From positions 1 through 59,828 of IMG/VR virus record IMGVR_UViG_3300037558_000788: 59,828 nucleotides of DNA. The stretch is one strand, 5' to 3'. The notes under the pieces are model-generated. The model was given only the letters and a program-made list of their open reading frames with translations, made no database searches and was not told the DNA's origin. This DNA is from a virus (taxonomy: Duplodnaviria > Caudoviricetes). The translations under genes were made by a program, and so were the position numbers. This document shows, piece after piece, positions 47,128 through 57,296 of this stretch; position 1 is the stretch's first letter; each line of letters opens with the position of its first letter.

Positions 47128-48915
47128 CTATAAATTTTCGGACGAATAGGGCCAAAAAATCAGACGCTTGATGTGGCCGTTGAGTTGTTTTCCTCCACTT
47201 GTGTCAGAGCCAATGTGCAGCTTGCTTGCCGTAAGAAAGTTGCCGGTGTGTGGGAATGGAGCAGTTTGACCGCTCATGGTGGCGGCCGAACCGTCTTGGG
47301 AACCGTTCATAGTGTTAGAGTCAAAGCTTAAAGCTGTTCTTAAAAGAGTCCCCGCTGCTAAACGACCGTAATTTAACACATTGGTCCCGTCCCAACTAAG
47401 GAGCGGCGATGCAGAACCTAAATTTTTGTAAGCGAAACGATGACTATCGTATTCACCATAGATAAGTGAGTTAGCACCATCAGCATCGTTGAATTGATAC
47501 TCAGCGTAAAACGTTCCTTCTGAGCCATTAAAGAAGCTACTAAATGCACTGCCGGAAATCACAAGCTCGTCAGCGGCTCGCGTTCTTGCTGCGGCGTCAC
47601 CGCCTGATGTCGGTATTAGGGACGTGGCGACACTTCCGGCCTCTAGCTGTGCGCCCCAGATGTATAAGCCATCAGTTCCATTTCCTGCAAAGGTTTCTAA
47701 TCGACCGTCATTATCTTGTTCCGCAATAGTAAGGCGAACTTTATTTATAGCCGCTGAATTAAAGGTAACACTACAACGGAACCAATCATTTCCCACAGGT
47801 TCAATCTTAGGAGTGTAAACTGCGTATGACCCCACCGTTCCGCTTGTTAAATTGAAATTGGCGTAGGACGAAGCGTTTACAGCGTCCGTTAGTTGAATTA
47901 CGTCATATTCACCTTTCTTAGCAAACAAACTAAACGCTAAATCGCCGCTTTGAGTCTGGGCTTTGTTTATTCCCTGTCGTTGAACAGAATTACTAGACAC
48001 CATTTTTGAGCCGTCTTGACTACCTGACGGGCTGATTATAACATCGCTCTGAATAGTTGCGTTTTCACCAGTCCACTGGCTAAAGTCTTCACTGTAAGTA
48101 ACCAAGTTTGTTGCCGACGGCTCCACCAGAATCATCGGCACTCGTGGGCCAAAGGTTGCCCCTGTGATAAACTTCGGGCTTCCCGTTGTGTTCGCCACGA
48201 AGGTTGTCGCGGTCGTGCCTTCTTCGACTTGGGGCATTGCGATTTCTACTTGGTCGCCTACTGAACTATTACTTGCCCCAAAGGAAATACCAAATCTTGT
48301 CCAGTAGTCAGAAGGAGAAGTAAATGTAAATTCAATTTTTTGCCAGTCGTCGGTCAAACTGATTGATGTTGACTCAGAAGAGGTGGAACGAAAATTATCG
48401 ATATAAACATCAGGATTCCCCGAAACTCGTCGTATAAAAAAACTACCAGTGTAAACGGTGTCGTAATTATACGTTCCTGCGTCTAGAAAATAGTAATATT
48501 TTGCACTACTTGTTGAGTTGACTGTAATTATAGCACTAGGCTCAGAAAGATAACCGTTCCCGCTCTGTTTTGAAACATCGTTTGCCGTCCACCCACTAGA
48601 GAAGTCCGTATAGCCAACCCGCTGAAACACCGTCGGAGTCAACTCGGCTCCCTGTGTCTGGTCAACGCGCACCGTGTTGGGACTGGCTGACGCTATGTTA
48701 CCGTTGGCATCGGTGAACGTGGCGGTGCCTGCGCGGGTCGCTGTGATAACGTCGAGCGTCGATGGGACCGACGGATCTAAGTCCAGTGTGAACGCCTCAA
48801 GCGTGCCTTTCATCGACGTTTCTGAGTCGAATAAGAGATACGGGTCCAAGGATAAGGGGTTGAAGGGGATTACCCCACCCTTAGTAATACCTAAGCCGAG
48901 ACCGAGACGTGACAT
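47128..48915 (-). CDS. Head-fibre/spike-like protein with carbohydrate-binding-like domains
   Basis: TRAGTATF.D..G, EPSATNL..YSEDFS, IWGAQLEAG..ATS.IPT....TRAAD and LNGHIKRL. Confidence 0.7.
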   Translation of the reverse strand: MSRLGLGLGITKGGVIPFNPLSLDPYLLFDSETSMKGTLEAFTLDLDPSVPSTLDVITATRAGTATFTDANGNIASASPNTVRVDQTQGAELTPTVFQRVGYTDFSSGWTANDVSKQSGNGYLSEPSAIITVNSTSSAKYYYFLDAGTYNYDTVYTGSFFIRRVSGNPDVYIDNFRSTSSESTSISLTDDWQKIEFTFTSPSDYWTRFGISFGASNSSVGDQVEIAMPQVEEGTTATTFVANTTGSPKFITGATFGPRVPMILVEPSATNLVTYSEDFSQWTGENATIQSDVIISPSGSQDGSKMVSSNSVQRQGINKAQTQSGDLAFSLFAKKGEYDVIQLTDAVNASSYANFNLTSGTVGSYAVYTPKIEPVGNDWFRCSVTFNSAAINKVRLTIAEQDNDGRLETFAGNGTDGLYIWGAQLEAGSVATSLIPTSGGDAAARTRAADELVISGSAFSSFFNGSEGTFYAEYQFNDADGANSLIYGEYDSHRFAYKNLGSASPLLSWDGTNVLNYGRLAAGTLLRTALSFDSNTMNGSQDGSAATMSGQTAPFPHTGNFLTASKLHIGSDTSGGKQLNGHIKRLIFWPYSSENL

Positions 48916-48920
48916 GCCGA

Positions 48921-49169
48921 TTATACTTGTTTGTATGCGAGAACCTTACCTGAACTCAGAGTGAAGGCAGTAATTTGACCGTAGATAACCGTCCCCGCAG
49001 GAATGGAAAATCCGGTTAACGCTCCTTCTAACTCAGGCCAAGTCAGAGCTGAGAACGTAGCATCCTCAAGGATCTGCAAAGCGCAGAACTCGCCAGTAGT
49101 GGCGGAGGTGTCTGTAACGATCTTAGCCCCACGTTGTCCGAAGGTCTGTTTGTCGATGTTGTTAGTCAT
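48921..49169 (-). CDS. Small beta-rich virion protein
   Basis: 82 aa; IPAG..IYG......L.SG..LAY. Confidence 0.7.
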   Translation of the reverse strand: MTNNIDKQTFGQRGAKIVTDTSATTGEFCALQILEDATFSALTWPELEGALTGFSIPAGTVIYGQITAFTLSSGKVLAYKQV

Positions 49170-49230
49170 GAATTAAATAATGTTTGGGTTGTTTAACTGT
49201 GAGTTTTAGTTCGTGAAATGTTGAAACATT

Positions 49231-51432
49231 TTAAATTATATTGAGAATAGCAGACCCTGATCCTGATGGGTCTAAAGAAAGTCGGGGCTTGGCGGCTCCT
49301 CTGGCGGCGTCTAGCTCCTCGTCCAGAAGCTTTTGACAGATCGTCCAGTGGTATTGAGCGCGTTCTAAATCAGCGTTGTCCTCCGCTAACATCCCTAAAA
49401 GGCCGTGTTTAATAGCGTTTAGGTTGCCTAGATAGATTAGATCGTCTTGAACAAGGACAGGCTCCCACGCCCGCTTGAGTAGAAGCTTAATGTTCTTAAC
49501 CTCAGCGGACGGATTACTAAACCGGAATCGACGGTAGCGGGCTACACCGTCGCCTTTGACTACGGCTAGTGTTGTGGTTGAGGCGGTGGTTGAAGAAGTG
49601 CTTGAGGGGAACCCCATCTTCATGACGTAATTTGCTCTCTGAGGAGCCATGTAGATTGAGTTGCCCTCAGTTATACCGTAAGAATACCAAGAATGAGTAG
49701 AAATGTTGGTTTTAGCACCTGATCCAGCAAGATCTGAAGAGATCTCTTTATACCCTATTTGATCTGTTTCTGGGTCTATCCAAAAGATATAAGGTATCTC
49801 ATAAGGGACTGAGTAGACAAGACCGTCTGGGCCTAATACGGATGAGAAAGATTTATGCTTGTAAACGTCTACCCCACTGTATGTTGCTTTATAAATCCGT
49901 AAAGCAGACGGGAGGGGGATCTCAACCGCTGAATCATCAGAAGTATCGATCTTAAGGATCGCGTTACCGTGCCTTGGGAAACAATAAATACATCCGGTTG
50001 ATGGGATGAATGTCCCGCCGGAATATTTATTGAAATAGGCAGCATGAAGTATAAGGTTGCTGTTAGTTATGGCAAAGACCTCTGATCCCGTAATATAAGG
50101 CTCATTGCCTGTCAGAAGATCGTTACCTAACACAACCCCGTCGTTTGATGGGTTAACGATAGCTATACGATCTGCTCCGTATGGTGTAAGGTAGATTTTA
50201 CCGTTTGCTGCTTTCGTAGCCCCAAAGAAAGAGTCATATATCCACTTTTTATCGTTAGGTAATTCCGTTTGCCAGTGGTTTGCCGAGTTACTTGTATTAT
50301 TAGGAGAACTATTACGAACGTCATACATCCCCCCAGTTCGGGAAGGGGAAAATGAAATTAGCGTTTGTGCCGATGTAGTGAAGTTAAACTTAGAGATGAA
50401 AGGATCGGAGTAATTACCTACATTCCTAGAGTAAATACTACCATATATATGGCCATTAGCTTCAGCTCCTCCTCGTATGTTCGTGTGGGTTAGATTGCCA
50501 GAAGAGGGTAGATAATTAATAGAAGGTGTATCCGTTACTTCTAAGTAATTTGTATTCCCACTGGGGTGGGCATATATTTTACCATTACTAGCAGTTAAAG
50601 AATCTACATACTTTTGGGTACTACCACCCGCTACGGTAGATTGTCCTGTCGTCGAGGTTGTATCATTTGACGGGTCGATAATTAGGACTTCATCTTCTTG
50701 ATAAGGAGTAGCGTAAAGCTTATTACCAGCTTTCGCGATACCGCGCCACTTTAAATTAGTAGCTCCAGTGTCGCTGGGGGCTACTAAATCACTACCAATC
50801 AACTCAAAAGTAAATTGTGAGCCACTACTTACGCTACACGCTACAGCCGAGACCTTAACTTCTTCGGAAACGTCAGCAAAACTAACAGACTTGATACTGA
50901 CAACTTTTTCGGTAAAAGTAGACAAAGAGGCCGTCCCATTTAGGTCAAACGTGTGGCTCTCAACATCGTCCTCACCGACCGCAAAATCAGTTTCTTCTCC
51001 GTAAACGACTGTGACCGAACCAGTAGTAGGTAAAGTCGTTTTTGGCGCGATTGGCTCGACTGTGATATAGTAGATATCAGTAGCTGCTTTATGAGTTAAA
51101 TCCTCTTTAGCCTCGTGGAAACCATCGTCCACAACACCGAAAATAGGTGCTGGGCCTGATTTTGCGTAGCCCCCGATCCGGTAGTCATGCCACTGAGAGC
51201 GGGCCTGAACCGGAGAATCCTGTAGCATAGCCCCTAAAAGGCTCTCGGAATGCTCTGGCAACGCGAAATAATCGTTCGTAGTATCAATAGACCAGTCGTA
51301 GAGTAGATCCTTCCACATCCCCATCCCATACAGGCGGGGCATGACTAGATTCAGCTTGGCTACAAGATCTTCGTCAGGCCGGACGTATTCAGACAAGGCT
51401 TTAGTTACGGCCTTTACGGTCAAAGCTGGCAT
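49231..51432 (-). CDS. Putative head-tail adaptor/tail tubular protein with an inserted beta-propeller
   Basis: Adaptor-like N-terminus (LNLVMPRL...W) and helical C-terminus (AIKHG...A..HW.....L..E) flank ~400 aa of propeller blades. Confidence 0.55.
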   Translation of the reverse strand: MPALTVKAVTKALSEYVRPDEDLVAKLNLVMPRLYGMGMWKDLLYDWSIDTTNDYFALPEHSESLLGAMLQDSPVQARSQWHDYRIGGYAKSGPAPIFGVVDDGFHEAKEDLTHKAATDIYYITVEPIAPKTTLPTTGSVTVVYGEETDFAVGEDDVESHTFDLNGTASLSTFTEKVVSIKSVSFADVSEEVKVSAVACSVSSGSQFTFELIGSDLVAPSDTGATNLKWRGIAKAGNKLYATPYQEDEVLIIDPSNDTTSTTGQSTVAGGSTQKYVDSLTASNGKIYAHPSGNTNYLEVTDTPSINYLPSSGNLTHTNIRGGAEANGHIYGSIYSRNVGNYSDPFISKFNFTTSAQTLISFSPSRTGGMYDVRNSSPNNTSNSANHWQTELPNDKKWIYDSFFGATKAANGKIYLTPYGADRIAIVNPSNDGVVLGNDLLTGNEPYITGSEVFAITNSNLILHAAYFNKYSGGTFIPSTGCIYCFPRHGNAILKIDTSDDSAVEIPLPSALRIYKATYSGVDVYKHKSFSSVLGPDGLVYSVPYEIPYIFWIDPETDQIGYKEISSDLAGSGAKTNISTHSWYSYGITEGNSIYMAPQRANYVMKMGFPSSTSSTTASTTTLAVVKGDGVARYRRFRFSNPSAEVKNIKLLLKRAWEPVLVQDDLIYLGNLNAIKHGLLGMLAEDNADLERAQYHWTICQKLLDEELDAARGAAKPRLSLDPSGSGSAILNII

Positions 51433-51438
51433 GCGATA

Positions 51439-51467
51439 ACTTTACAATTAGGGTAACACAAAGTCAA
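51439..51467 (-). promoter_or_regulatory. Sigma70-like promoter in leaderless geometry
   Basis: TTGACT-17 nt-TAAAGT, ending 6 nt before the ATG at 51432. Confidence 0.65.
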
Positions 51468-51522
51468 TCACTGAGAAATAGGATATTTCGCGGCTTTCCA
51501 TAGCAGTTCATTGACTAAATAC

Positions 51523-52095
51523 TTAGGGGTAAATGATTTTCTTCCCGAGGCTAATCGGATTATTCCATTCGTTATCACTACTCTCTCGGTCGCCTACCTG
51601 CCAAAAGTTATAGCCGGAGACGAAGATGCTCTGGATATACCCTTGTCCGGCTGTCCAGTGGATTCGATGGTCAACTGACAACTGCACCATGTTGACAGGC
51701 GACACTATATCCAAGTGAAGGTGGAGGAGGATAGCCGCTGACTCCGGTGTTACCACGTATGCGTGTGTGTCTCGGCTTTCACTGAAGAACATGACCTGAT
51801 CACCTTTCGTTGCATCTACGAGAGGCTGAAGTCCCGAAGTCGTTACCTGTTCCTCACACTGGACATCGTCCTCAAAAATTAGAACATTCTGCTGAAGTCT
51901 TACTGCTTCGAGCCAGCACTTGGCGTGGGAAGCGCGGCAACACATATCGCCAAGGCATTCATAATAGTCAGAGACTACAGCATTATCCGCCTTATCAACA
52001 CAGAGATACTCGTAATCGAGATGCTTGCCCACGCCTTCCTCAAACTGTTTCTTGCGGTCGAGTCGAGACTCTCGGTGTATGCAAATAATCCTCAT
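51523..52095 (-). CDS. Glycosyltransferase family 25-like protein (divergent)
   Basis: ICI......DR, C..SH...W, LIFEDD, HAYVVT...A..L and VD. Confidence 0.75.
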   Translation of the reverse strand: MRIICIHRESRLDRKKQFEEGVGKHLDYEYLCVDKADNAVVSDYYECLGDMCCRASHAKCWLEAVRLQQNVLIFEDDVQCEEQVTTSGLQPLVDATKGDQVMFFSESRDTHAYVVTPESAAILLHLHLDIVSPVNMVQLSVDHRIHWTAGQGYIQSIFVSGYNFWQVGDRESSDNEWNNPISLGKKIIYP

Positions 52096-52147
52096 CGTCT
52101 AAATATCTTTATAAAAGTGGCGGTCATTTGTCCACTCTCCATTTTAA

Positions 52148-52819
52148 CTACCAAAAATTTATTTCGTGTGTCTTCCCGTTGATGTTAGATGCACCAGCTC
52201 GCTGGCCTACGACCCACTCTTTTGGGCAATAAACGGGCCAATCCTTGCGTCGGTGGGCTAATTCAAGCTGGTGGTCGATGTGCTTGTTCGTGTTACGGTA
52301 GTCCGTCGCATATGATATATGGCGGTAAAACGACGTGAAAGTAGACTGATTAACGGCGTAGGCGTGCGTCCTGTTTACAGAATTACCAACAATCACATTA
52401 GGGGACTCGGTTTTAGTCGGATCACGGCGATGTTGACCGCCTAAATAAATCTGCCCCCAATCCTCCGGCACGTCTTCCATTAACTCATTGATCTTCTCTA
52501 AAGAGTCTTCCTTAAATATCACGTCGTCTTCTAATACCAATACGTTGTTCAAAGACATATTGTAGCGGTCATCTCTAGTATGGATGACATCCTCCAGAAT
52601 CCTTTGGTGTGAACGCAAACACCCCCACGCTCCTCTGCCAGAACCCCAGTCAGCCGGACAGGTTGTCCAGTCGCCTATAATAGCAGGATAATAGTGGACC
52701 TTGTCGTTGTCCGCCATTCTAGTCTCTTCAAGATGCTTCTTCGTCTCTTCAAGACGATCCGGTCTATGGGCGCAGTTGATCACGTAAACGCGGTCAAACC
52801 AGTCAGTTAGGTTCTTCAT
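52148..52819 (-). CDS. Glycosyltransferase family 25
   Basis: YVIN...RPDR, GC..SH, LVLEDD, W..IYLG, THAYAV and ID. Confidence 0.88.
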   Translation of the reverse strand: MKNLTDWFDRVYVINCAHRPDRLEETKKHLEETRMADNDKVHYYPAIIGDWTTCPADWGSGRGAWGCLRSHQRILEDVIHTRDDRYNMSLNNVLVLEDDVIFKEDSLEKINELMEDVPEDWGQIYLGGQHRRDPTKTESPNVIVGNSVNRTHAYAVNQSTFTSFYRHISYATDYRNTNKHIDHQLELAHRRKDWPVYCPKEWVVGQRAGASNINGKTHEINFW

Positions 52820-53310
52820 GGGTTTCCGTCTCCTTCAGATACTGAGGATGAACTTTTTGATGATCCTGAAGAGCTAGAGCTAGAGTCTGAAGAGCTAGAG
52901 GCTGAAGAACTAGAACTAGAGGCTGAAGAGCTAGAGGCTGAAGAACTAGAACTAGAGGCTGATGCAGAGCTAGAACTAGAGGATGATGCAGAGCTAGAAC
53001 TAGCAGGACTACAAGGGGAATCATGAACGGTAACCTCTATGGTTACAGTAGATGAAGTAGACGAAGACGAAGAAGAATTACTGCTTGTATAGGTTCCCGA
53101 AGCATCATTTTCACTGGAACCTCCCTCCCATTGCTGGAAAAACACATCGAGTATTATCCATTCCGAACTACCGTTCCAATAAAGGGTATAAGACGCAGCA
53201 GCAGTATAGTATTGAACGCTGTCGTCCCAATACAAGTCAATGGGGTCTCCACTCACCCCATCGTCAGTGACGACAAGCCGCGCCCTACACTTTCCGTTTG
53301 GTGCCGCCAT
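52816..53310 (-). CDS. Small protein with a long Ser-rich tail
   Basis: 164 aa; beta-rich N-terminus followed by Ser/Ala runs; ATGA overlap with the GT25 gene. Confidence 0.7.
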   Translation of the reverse strand: MAAPNGKCRARLVVTDDGVSGDPIDLYWDDSVQYYTAAASYTLYWNGSSEWIILDVFFQQWEGGSSENDASGTYTSSNSSSSSSTSSTVTIEVTVHDSPCSPASSSSASSSSSSSASASSSSSSASSSSASSSSSSASSSSDSSSSSSGSSKSSSSVSEGDGNP

Positions 53311-54363
53311 TTATTCTCTTGGGTAAGCTGAGTTAATAAAGTTCTCGTTAGCTATGAACTGCTCTTTACTACGCTCAGGCATATCAAACCCTCTAAAGCC
53401 TTTACGGGTTCCGGTCAGTTTCAAAGTTACTTTAGAAGGCCGTAAAAAAGATAAAGGCCACGCCGAAAGAATCACGTTGTTCTTCTCAACTACCGCACCA
53501 ACTGATCCAGCCTTGTCGCCGGATATTCCTGTAACAGCCATCGAGTCCGGTTCACACACTGCCAAGAACCTGTCATCGATTCGGGCTACTGTATTGGCTC
53601 CTTCTAACGGCACATCCCTCATCACGAACTCAAAGAGAACCTCATTGGATTCCATCGTGAACAACGCACCGTATCCTTTGTCGTGCCAGTCCATAGGCAC
53701 AATAGCGGTAGACTTATCTGATCCTGAAGTAGAAGTAGAAGAAGAGGAAGTAGAAGAATCTTCCTGAACACCAAAAGCTGTTAACCAGTAAACGTCAGTG
53801 GATATGTTTTGGTCTAGGTTTTCTATCTCATAACCAACGTCTTCCGAAGCTCCTACCCCTTTAGGGGCTACATAACCAATCTTAACGTAGAACTTACCGC
53901 CGTTGTCATTAGGTAAATTTTGTTGTGGGGGAGGATCGCCATTCCCATCATCCCCTCTAATATCACATAAAGTTACTCCGCCCGACGAATTAGTTTCCCA
54001 ATACAGGTAAACATTCCCACGAAAGTCTAGTGTGTAGAACTTGTATCGGTTCTCAGAAGCAGCAAGGTTAGACGGAATGACGATTTGCGGATTAGATACA
54101 CCAGTCTGAGATACTAACCCATCCGTATTAAACACCATCCGATTGATCTGATGGACCAGAACACCGAAGTAGATGTGGATCTTATCGTCAGGAGCAGGCC
54201 GCAAGGCAAACGGATACGGCTTGTAAGCTGGATCTTCAGGACTTACACTCCCAGTCGTTGTGTCGTAGTTGTCATCAAAATCACCCGTAAAGTCACGCGG
54301 ACCTTCAGGCGCACCCTCTAACGGTATCGGTAGAGGAATATCAGAACTGTCTTCGGGCTTCAT
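53311..54363 (-). CDS. Tail-associated protein with Ser/Thr linker and chaperone-like C-terminal domain
   Basis: SSTSSSSTSTSG linker followed by K..IV.....ALF..ES.EV.FE; start MKPED from ATGA coupling. Confidence 0.55.
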   Translation of the reverse strand: MKPEDSSDIPLPIPLEGAPEGPRDFTGDFDDNYDTTTGSVSPEDPAYKPYPFALRPAPDDKIHIYFGVLVHQINRMVFNTDGLVSQTGVSNPQIVIPSNLAASENRYKFYTLDFRGNVYLYWETNSSGGVTLCDIRGDDGNGDPPPQQNLPNDNGGKFYVKIGYVAPKGVGASEDVGYEIENLDQNISTDVYWLTAFGVQEDSSTSSSSTSTSGSDKSTAIVPMDWHDKGYGALFTMESNEVLFEFVMRDVPLEGANTVARIDDRFLAVCEPDSMAVTGISGDKAGSVGAVVEKNNVILSAWPLSFLRPSKVTLKLTGTRKGFRGFDMPERSKEQFIANENFINSAYPRE

Positions 54364-56588
54364 GATGGAGGATAAACAGTTACTGTCTCCATGAGCCAAC
54401 CGCCCCTAAATGGTTTAACTTCTGAAGATATGATGTGCGGCTCCCATGTCGTTACGTTGGTTGCGTTCTTGTTATAGACCGCACCTGTGTTATTCCAAGT
54501 CTCGTCACTATTAATACTTACAGTAAAGTTAACAGCCTCATGCAACGTGGGCGGGATCGACAAGGTAAATAATGGGTTCTGTATAGAGATCGGCTCTGGT
54601 GCTGGCTTCTCACCTGCCTCTAAACCAACTGGTTGAGTCGTAGACCAACTAATGTCAACTACTGCTTTACACGGCCCTCTGAAAGAGCCTTTTGAGTAGA
54701 GAACTCTAGGATAAGTTCTAGCACCACCGGACCTCAAGTTCCATACATCAAACTGAACGTCTTGTAAAATGGGTGGGAAAGCGTAGTTAACTACGGTCTC
54801 GTAACTAAGCCTCGCGCACTCTCCTACAGGGTATGCTGCTTCCTCGGGCCTGTAACTAGTATAACCAAAACTCAAATCAATAGGAGAAAGCTGGTAGCTA
54901 TCGCTGAAGTAATCCGCGATGTTTGTATCGGCTGCTGCTACTGCGGCATACTCAACGTCAACATCTTTTATTAGTTCGTTAGCGTCTCTAAAATGTGAGG
55001 GAGCGCCGAGAAATTCAACGGAAGAAGACGTTTGAGAAGTACTTCCTTTAAACGTCCCTAATAAAACACATTCACCACCTAAAACCATCACTACAGGGCT
55101 TCCTGAGTCTAGATTAGTACTTTCTTTCCAACTAGAATAAGTTGAGCTGGGAGGAGATATTTCTAGTGTTGCGGAAGTTGTTGCCGCGTAGACCTCGATC
55201 TCTGGATTTTCGTAATTAAAATCTTGAAATTTAACTTCAGATAACTGAGCTATATTTGCCTTTTTCTCTCTATCCGTATTGAAAATTAAAACTTCTGGAG
55301 AACCGTATGTCCATGTCGTAGGAGTAGGGTTGCTGTTAAAGTTTGATGGGTTAAAGAATTGATAGCTATCTTTTGGAAGAACTTTGATAGGCTCGACCGA
55401 CTTCGGTAGATCCCTATTAAGTAACGCGACCCCCATATCATTTCCTGCGTGCAGTTTAACACGAATTACAGTGCGTTCGTAAACTATATTGTTTCGGTCT
55501 ACAAAAAAGACGACATCTTTTGCTGATAGGGGGGATTGCTTAGAAAAATAGACATGTCTTGGAGTGACTAACACTCCGCCGCGTTTATCGCTCTCAGTAT
55601 CGTTATAGACTATAGGGTTTCCTGAAGCCCCTGTCCCACTCTGATACCGGCGTAACCTAGCCACAAAGCCAGTAATCCCAGTAAGGTCGTGCGCCCAACA
55701 ACTTGAGTTTCTCACTGCTACGTAACCTACAAGATTGCTCCCTGACATATTGGCAGTGATCGAAGTAAAGAAAGTTCGGTCTGATGACGCACTATGCCCG
55801 CTAATTGCACTAGCTATAGAAGCACTCGCTTCATCTTGTAGTTTTAACCGTCCGTCTTCGCCCGAAGTTGGACACTTAACAACCTCCTGCTCAGTAACGG
55901 CAAACCAGTTATCAGACAACTGCTGAACAGTGCGGATCGTGCCGGAGTGCATGCCCCAGTAGGCGTTGTCAGAATTTAAGTCCTCAATCTCGTCTGATGC
56001 TCCGGTTGGAGTCTCTCCTCGATAATAAAGGGTCTGCTTAGTCTCGTTCGTCGTCTTGAAGAACTCATCAAAGTCTAAACGGGACAACGGAACCTTCTTC
56101 ACGTAGACCCGTTGCTCAACAACATACAGGCCGTTTAGAATCTTGTCGTTTAGAGGAATCTGCTTACGCTCCGCCAGAACGTGTGTGCCACTGAACTTGC
56201 CTGTTGGAGTATCAGGCATCGTCGCCCCCATTGCGGGAACGGTAGAACTAAACTCACTACGGCGGATTACGTAATCACGCGAAACAGCGTCAAACTTAGT
56301 GCCGCCAATATCAGCCTCACTATAGGACCAGTTGTCGTTATCTTGCTCTAGCTGGTCAGCCGCGTAGTAGTAACGGTAGTAACGGTTTTGTCTTTGATCG
56401 TCCGCCGCTTCGACGTGAACCAGTCGGTGGTTTGGCCACTTTTTGTAGTCGGGGTGGCTAGACCCGTATTTAGGAACATCAGACCCAACCCTCTCCGCAT
56501 CAACGGTTTCAAAGAAAAGGATGTCGTTAACATTCGGTGTAGGAAATGTAACGACTGACTGTCGTTGCGGGGAGGGATTAAGGGCCAT
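54360..56588 (-). CDS. Putative tail structural protein with an internal trypsin-like domain
   Basis: 742 aa; internal GGVLVTPRHV, DMGVALL and DSGSP..........LLG motifs. Confidence 0.6.
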   Translation of the reverse strand: MALNPSPQRQSVVTFPTPNVNDILFFETVDAERVGSDVPKYGSSHPDYKKWPNHRLVHVEAADDQRQNRYYRYYYAADQLEQDNDNWSYSEADIGGTKFDAVSRDYVIRRSEFSSTVPAMGATMPDTPTGKFSGTHVLAERKQIPLNDKILNGLYVVEQRVYVKKVPLSRLDFDEFFKTTNETKQTLYYRGETPTGASDEIEDLNSDNAYWGMHSGTIRTVQQLSDNWFAVTEQEVVKCPTSGEDGRLKLQDEASASIASAISGHSASSDRTFFTSITANMSGSNLVGYVAVRNSSCWAHDLTGITGFVARLRRYQSGTGASGNPIVYNDTESDKRGGVLVTPRHVYFSKQSPLSAKDVVFFVDRNNIVYERTVIRVKLHAGNDMGVALLNRDLPKSVEPIKVLPKDSYQFFNPSNFNSNPTPTTWTYGSPEVLIFNTDREKKANIAQLSEVKFQDFNYENPEIEVYAATTSATLEISPPSSTYSSWKESTNLDSGSPVVMVLGGECVLLGTFKGSTSQTSSSVEFLGAPSHFRDANELIKDVDVEYAAVAAADTNIADYFSDSYQLSPIDLSFGYTSYRPEEAAYPVGECARLSYETVVNYAFPPILQDVQFDVWNLRSGGARTYPRVLYSKGSFRGPCKAVVDISWSTTQPVGLEAGEKPAPEPISIQNPLFTLSIPPTLHEAVNFTVSINSDETWNNTGAVYNKNATNVTTWEPHIISSEVKPFRGGWLMETVTVYPPS

Positions 56589-56602
56589 GATGTGATTAGG
56601 TT

Positions 56603-56800
56603 TTAGGCTTCTCCGCCTTCACCCTCACCTTCTTCAGCAGCTTCTTCTTGCAGAGAGGCTCCAGCTTCTTGGAGCTTCTTTGTAAGGTGAACAGCGGCTT
56701 CAGCTACTTGAAGACCTGCGGCTTTCGTCGCGAGGTCGATCAACTTGATGAGTGCGTTGGCTTCGTTAGCGTTTAATGTAAGTTCAATATTTTCGTCCAT
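56603..56800 (-). CDS. Small helical protein
   Basis: MDENIELTLNANEANALIKLIDLATKAAGL; follows the fibre-associated genes. Confidence 0.7.
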   Translation of the reverse strand: MDENIELTLNANEANALIKLIDLATKAAGLQVAEAAVHLTKKLQEAGASLQEEAAEEGEGEGGEA

Positions 56801-56817
56801 ACGGACGAAGGTTTGCA

Positions 56818-57258
<441 letters not shown>

Positions 57259-57296
57259 AGTTTTGTTTGGTTTGGTTAAAAAAATTGTTTAATATA

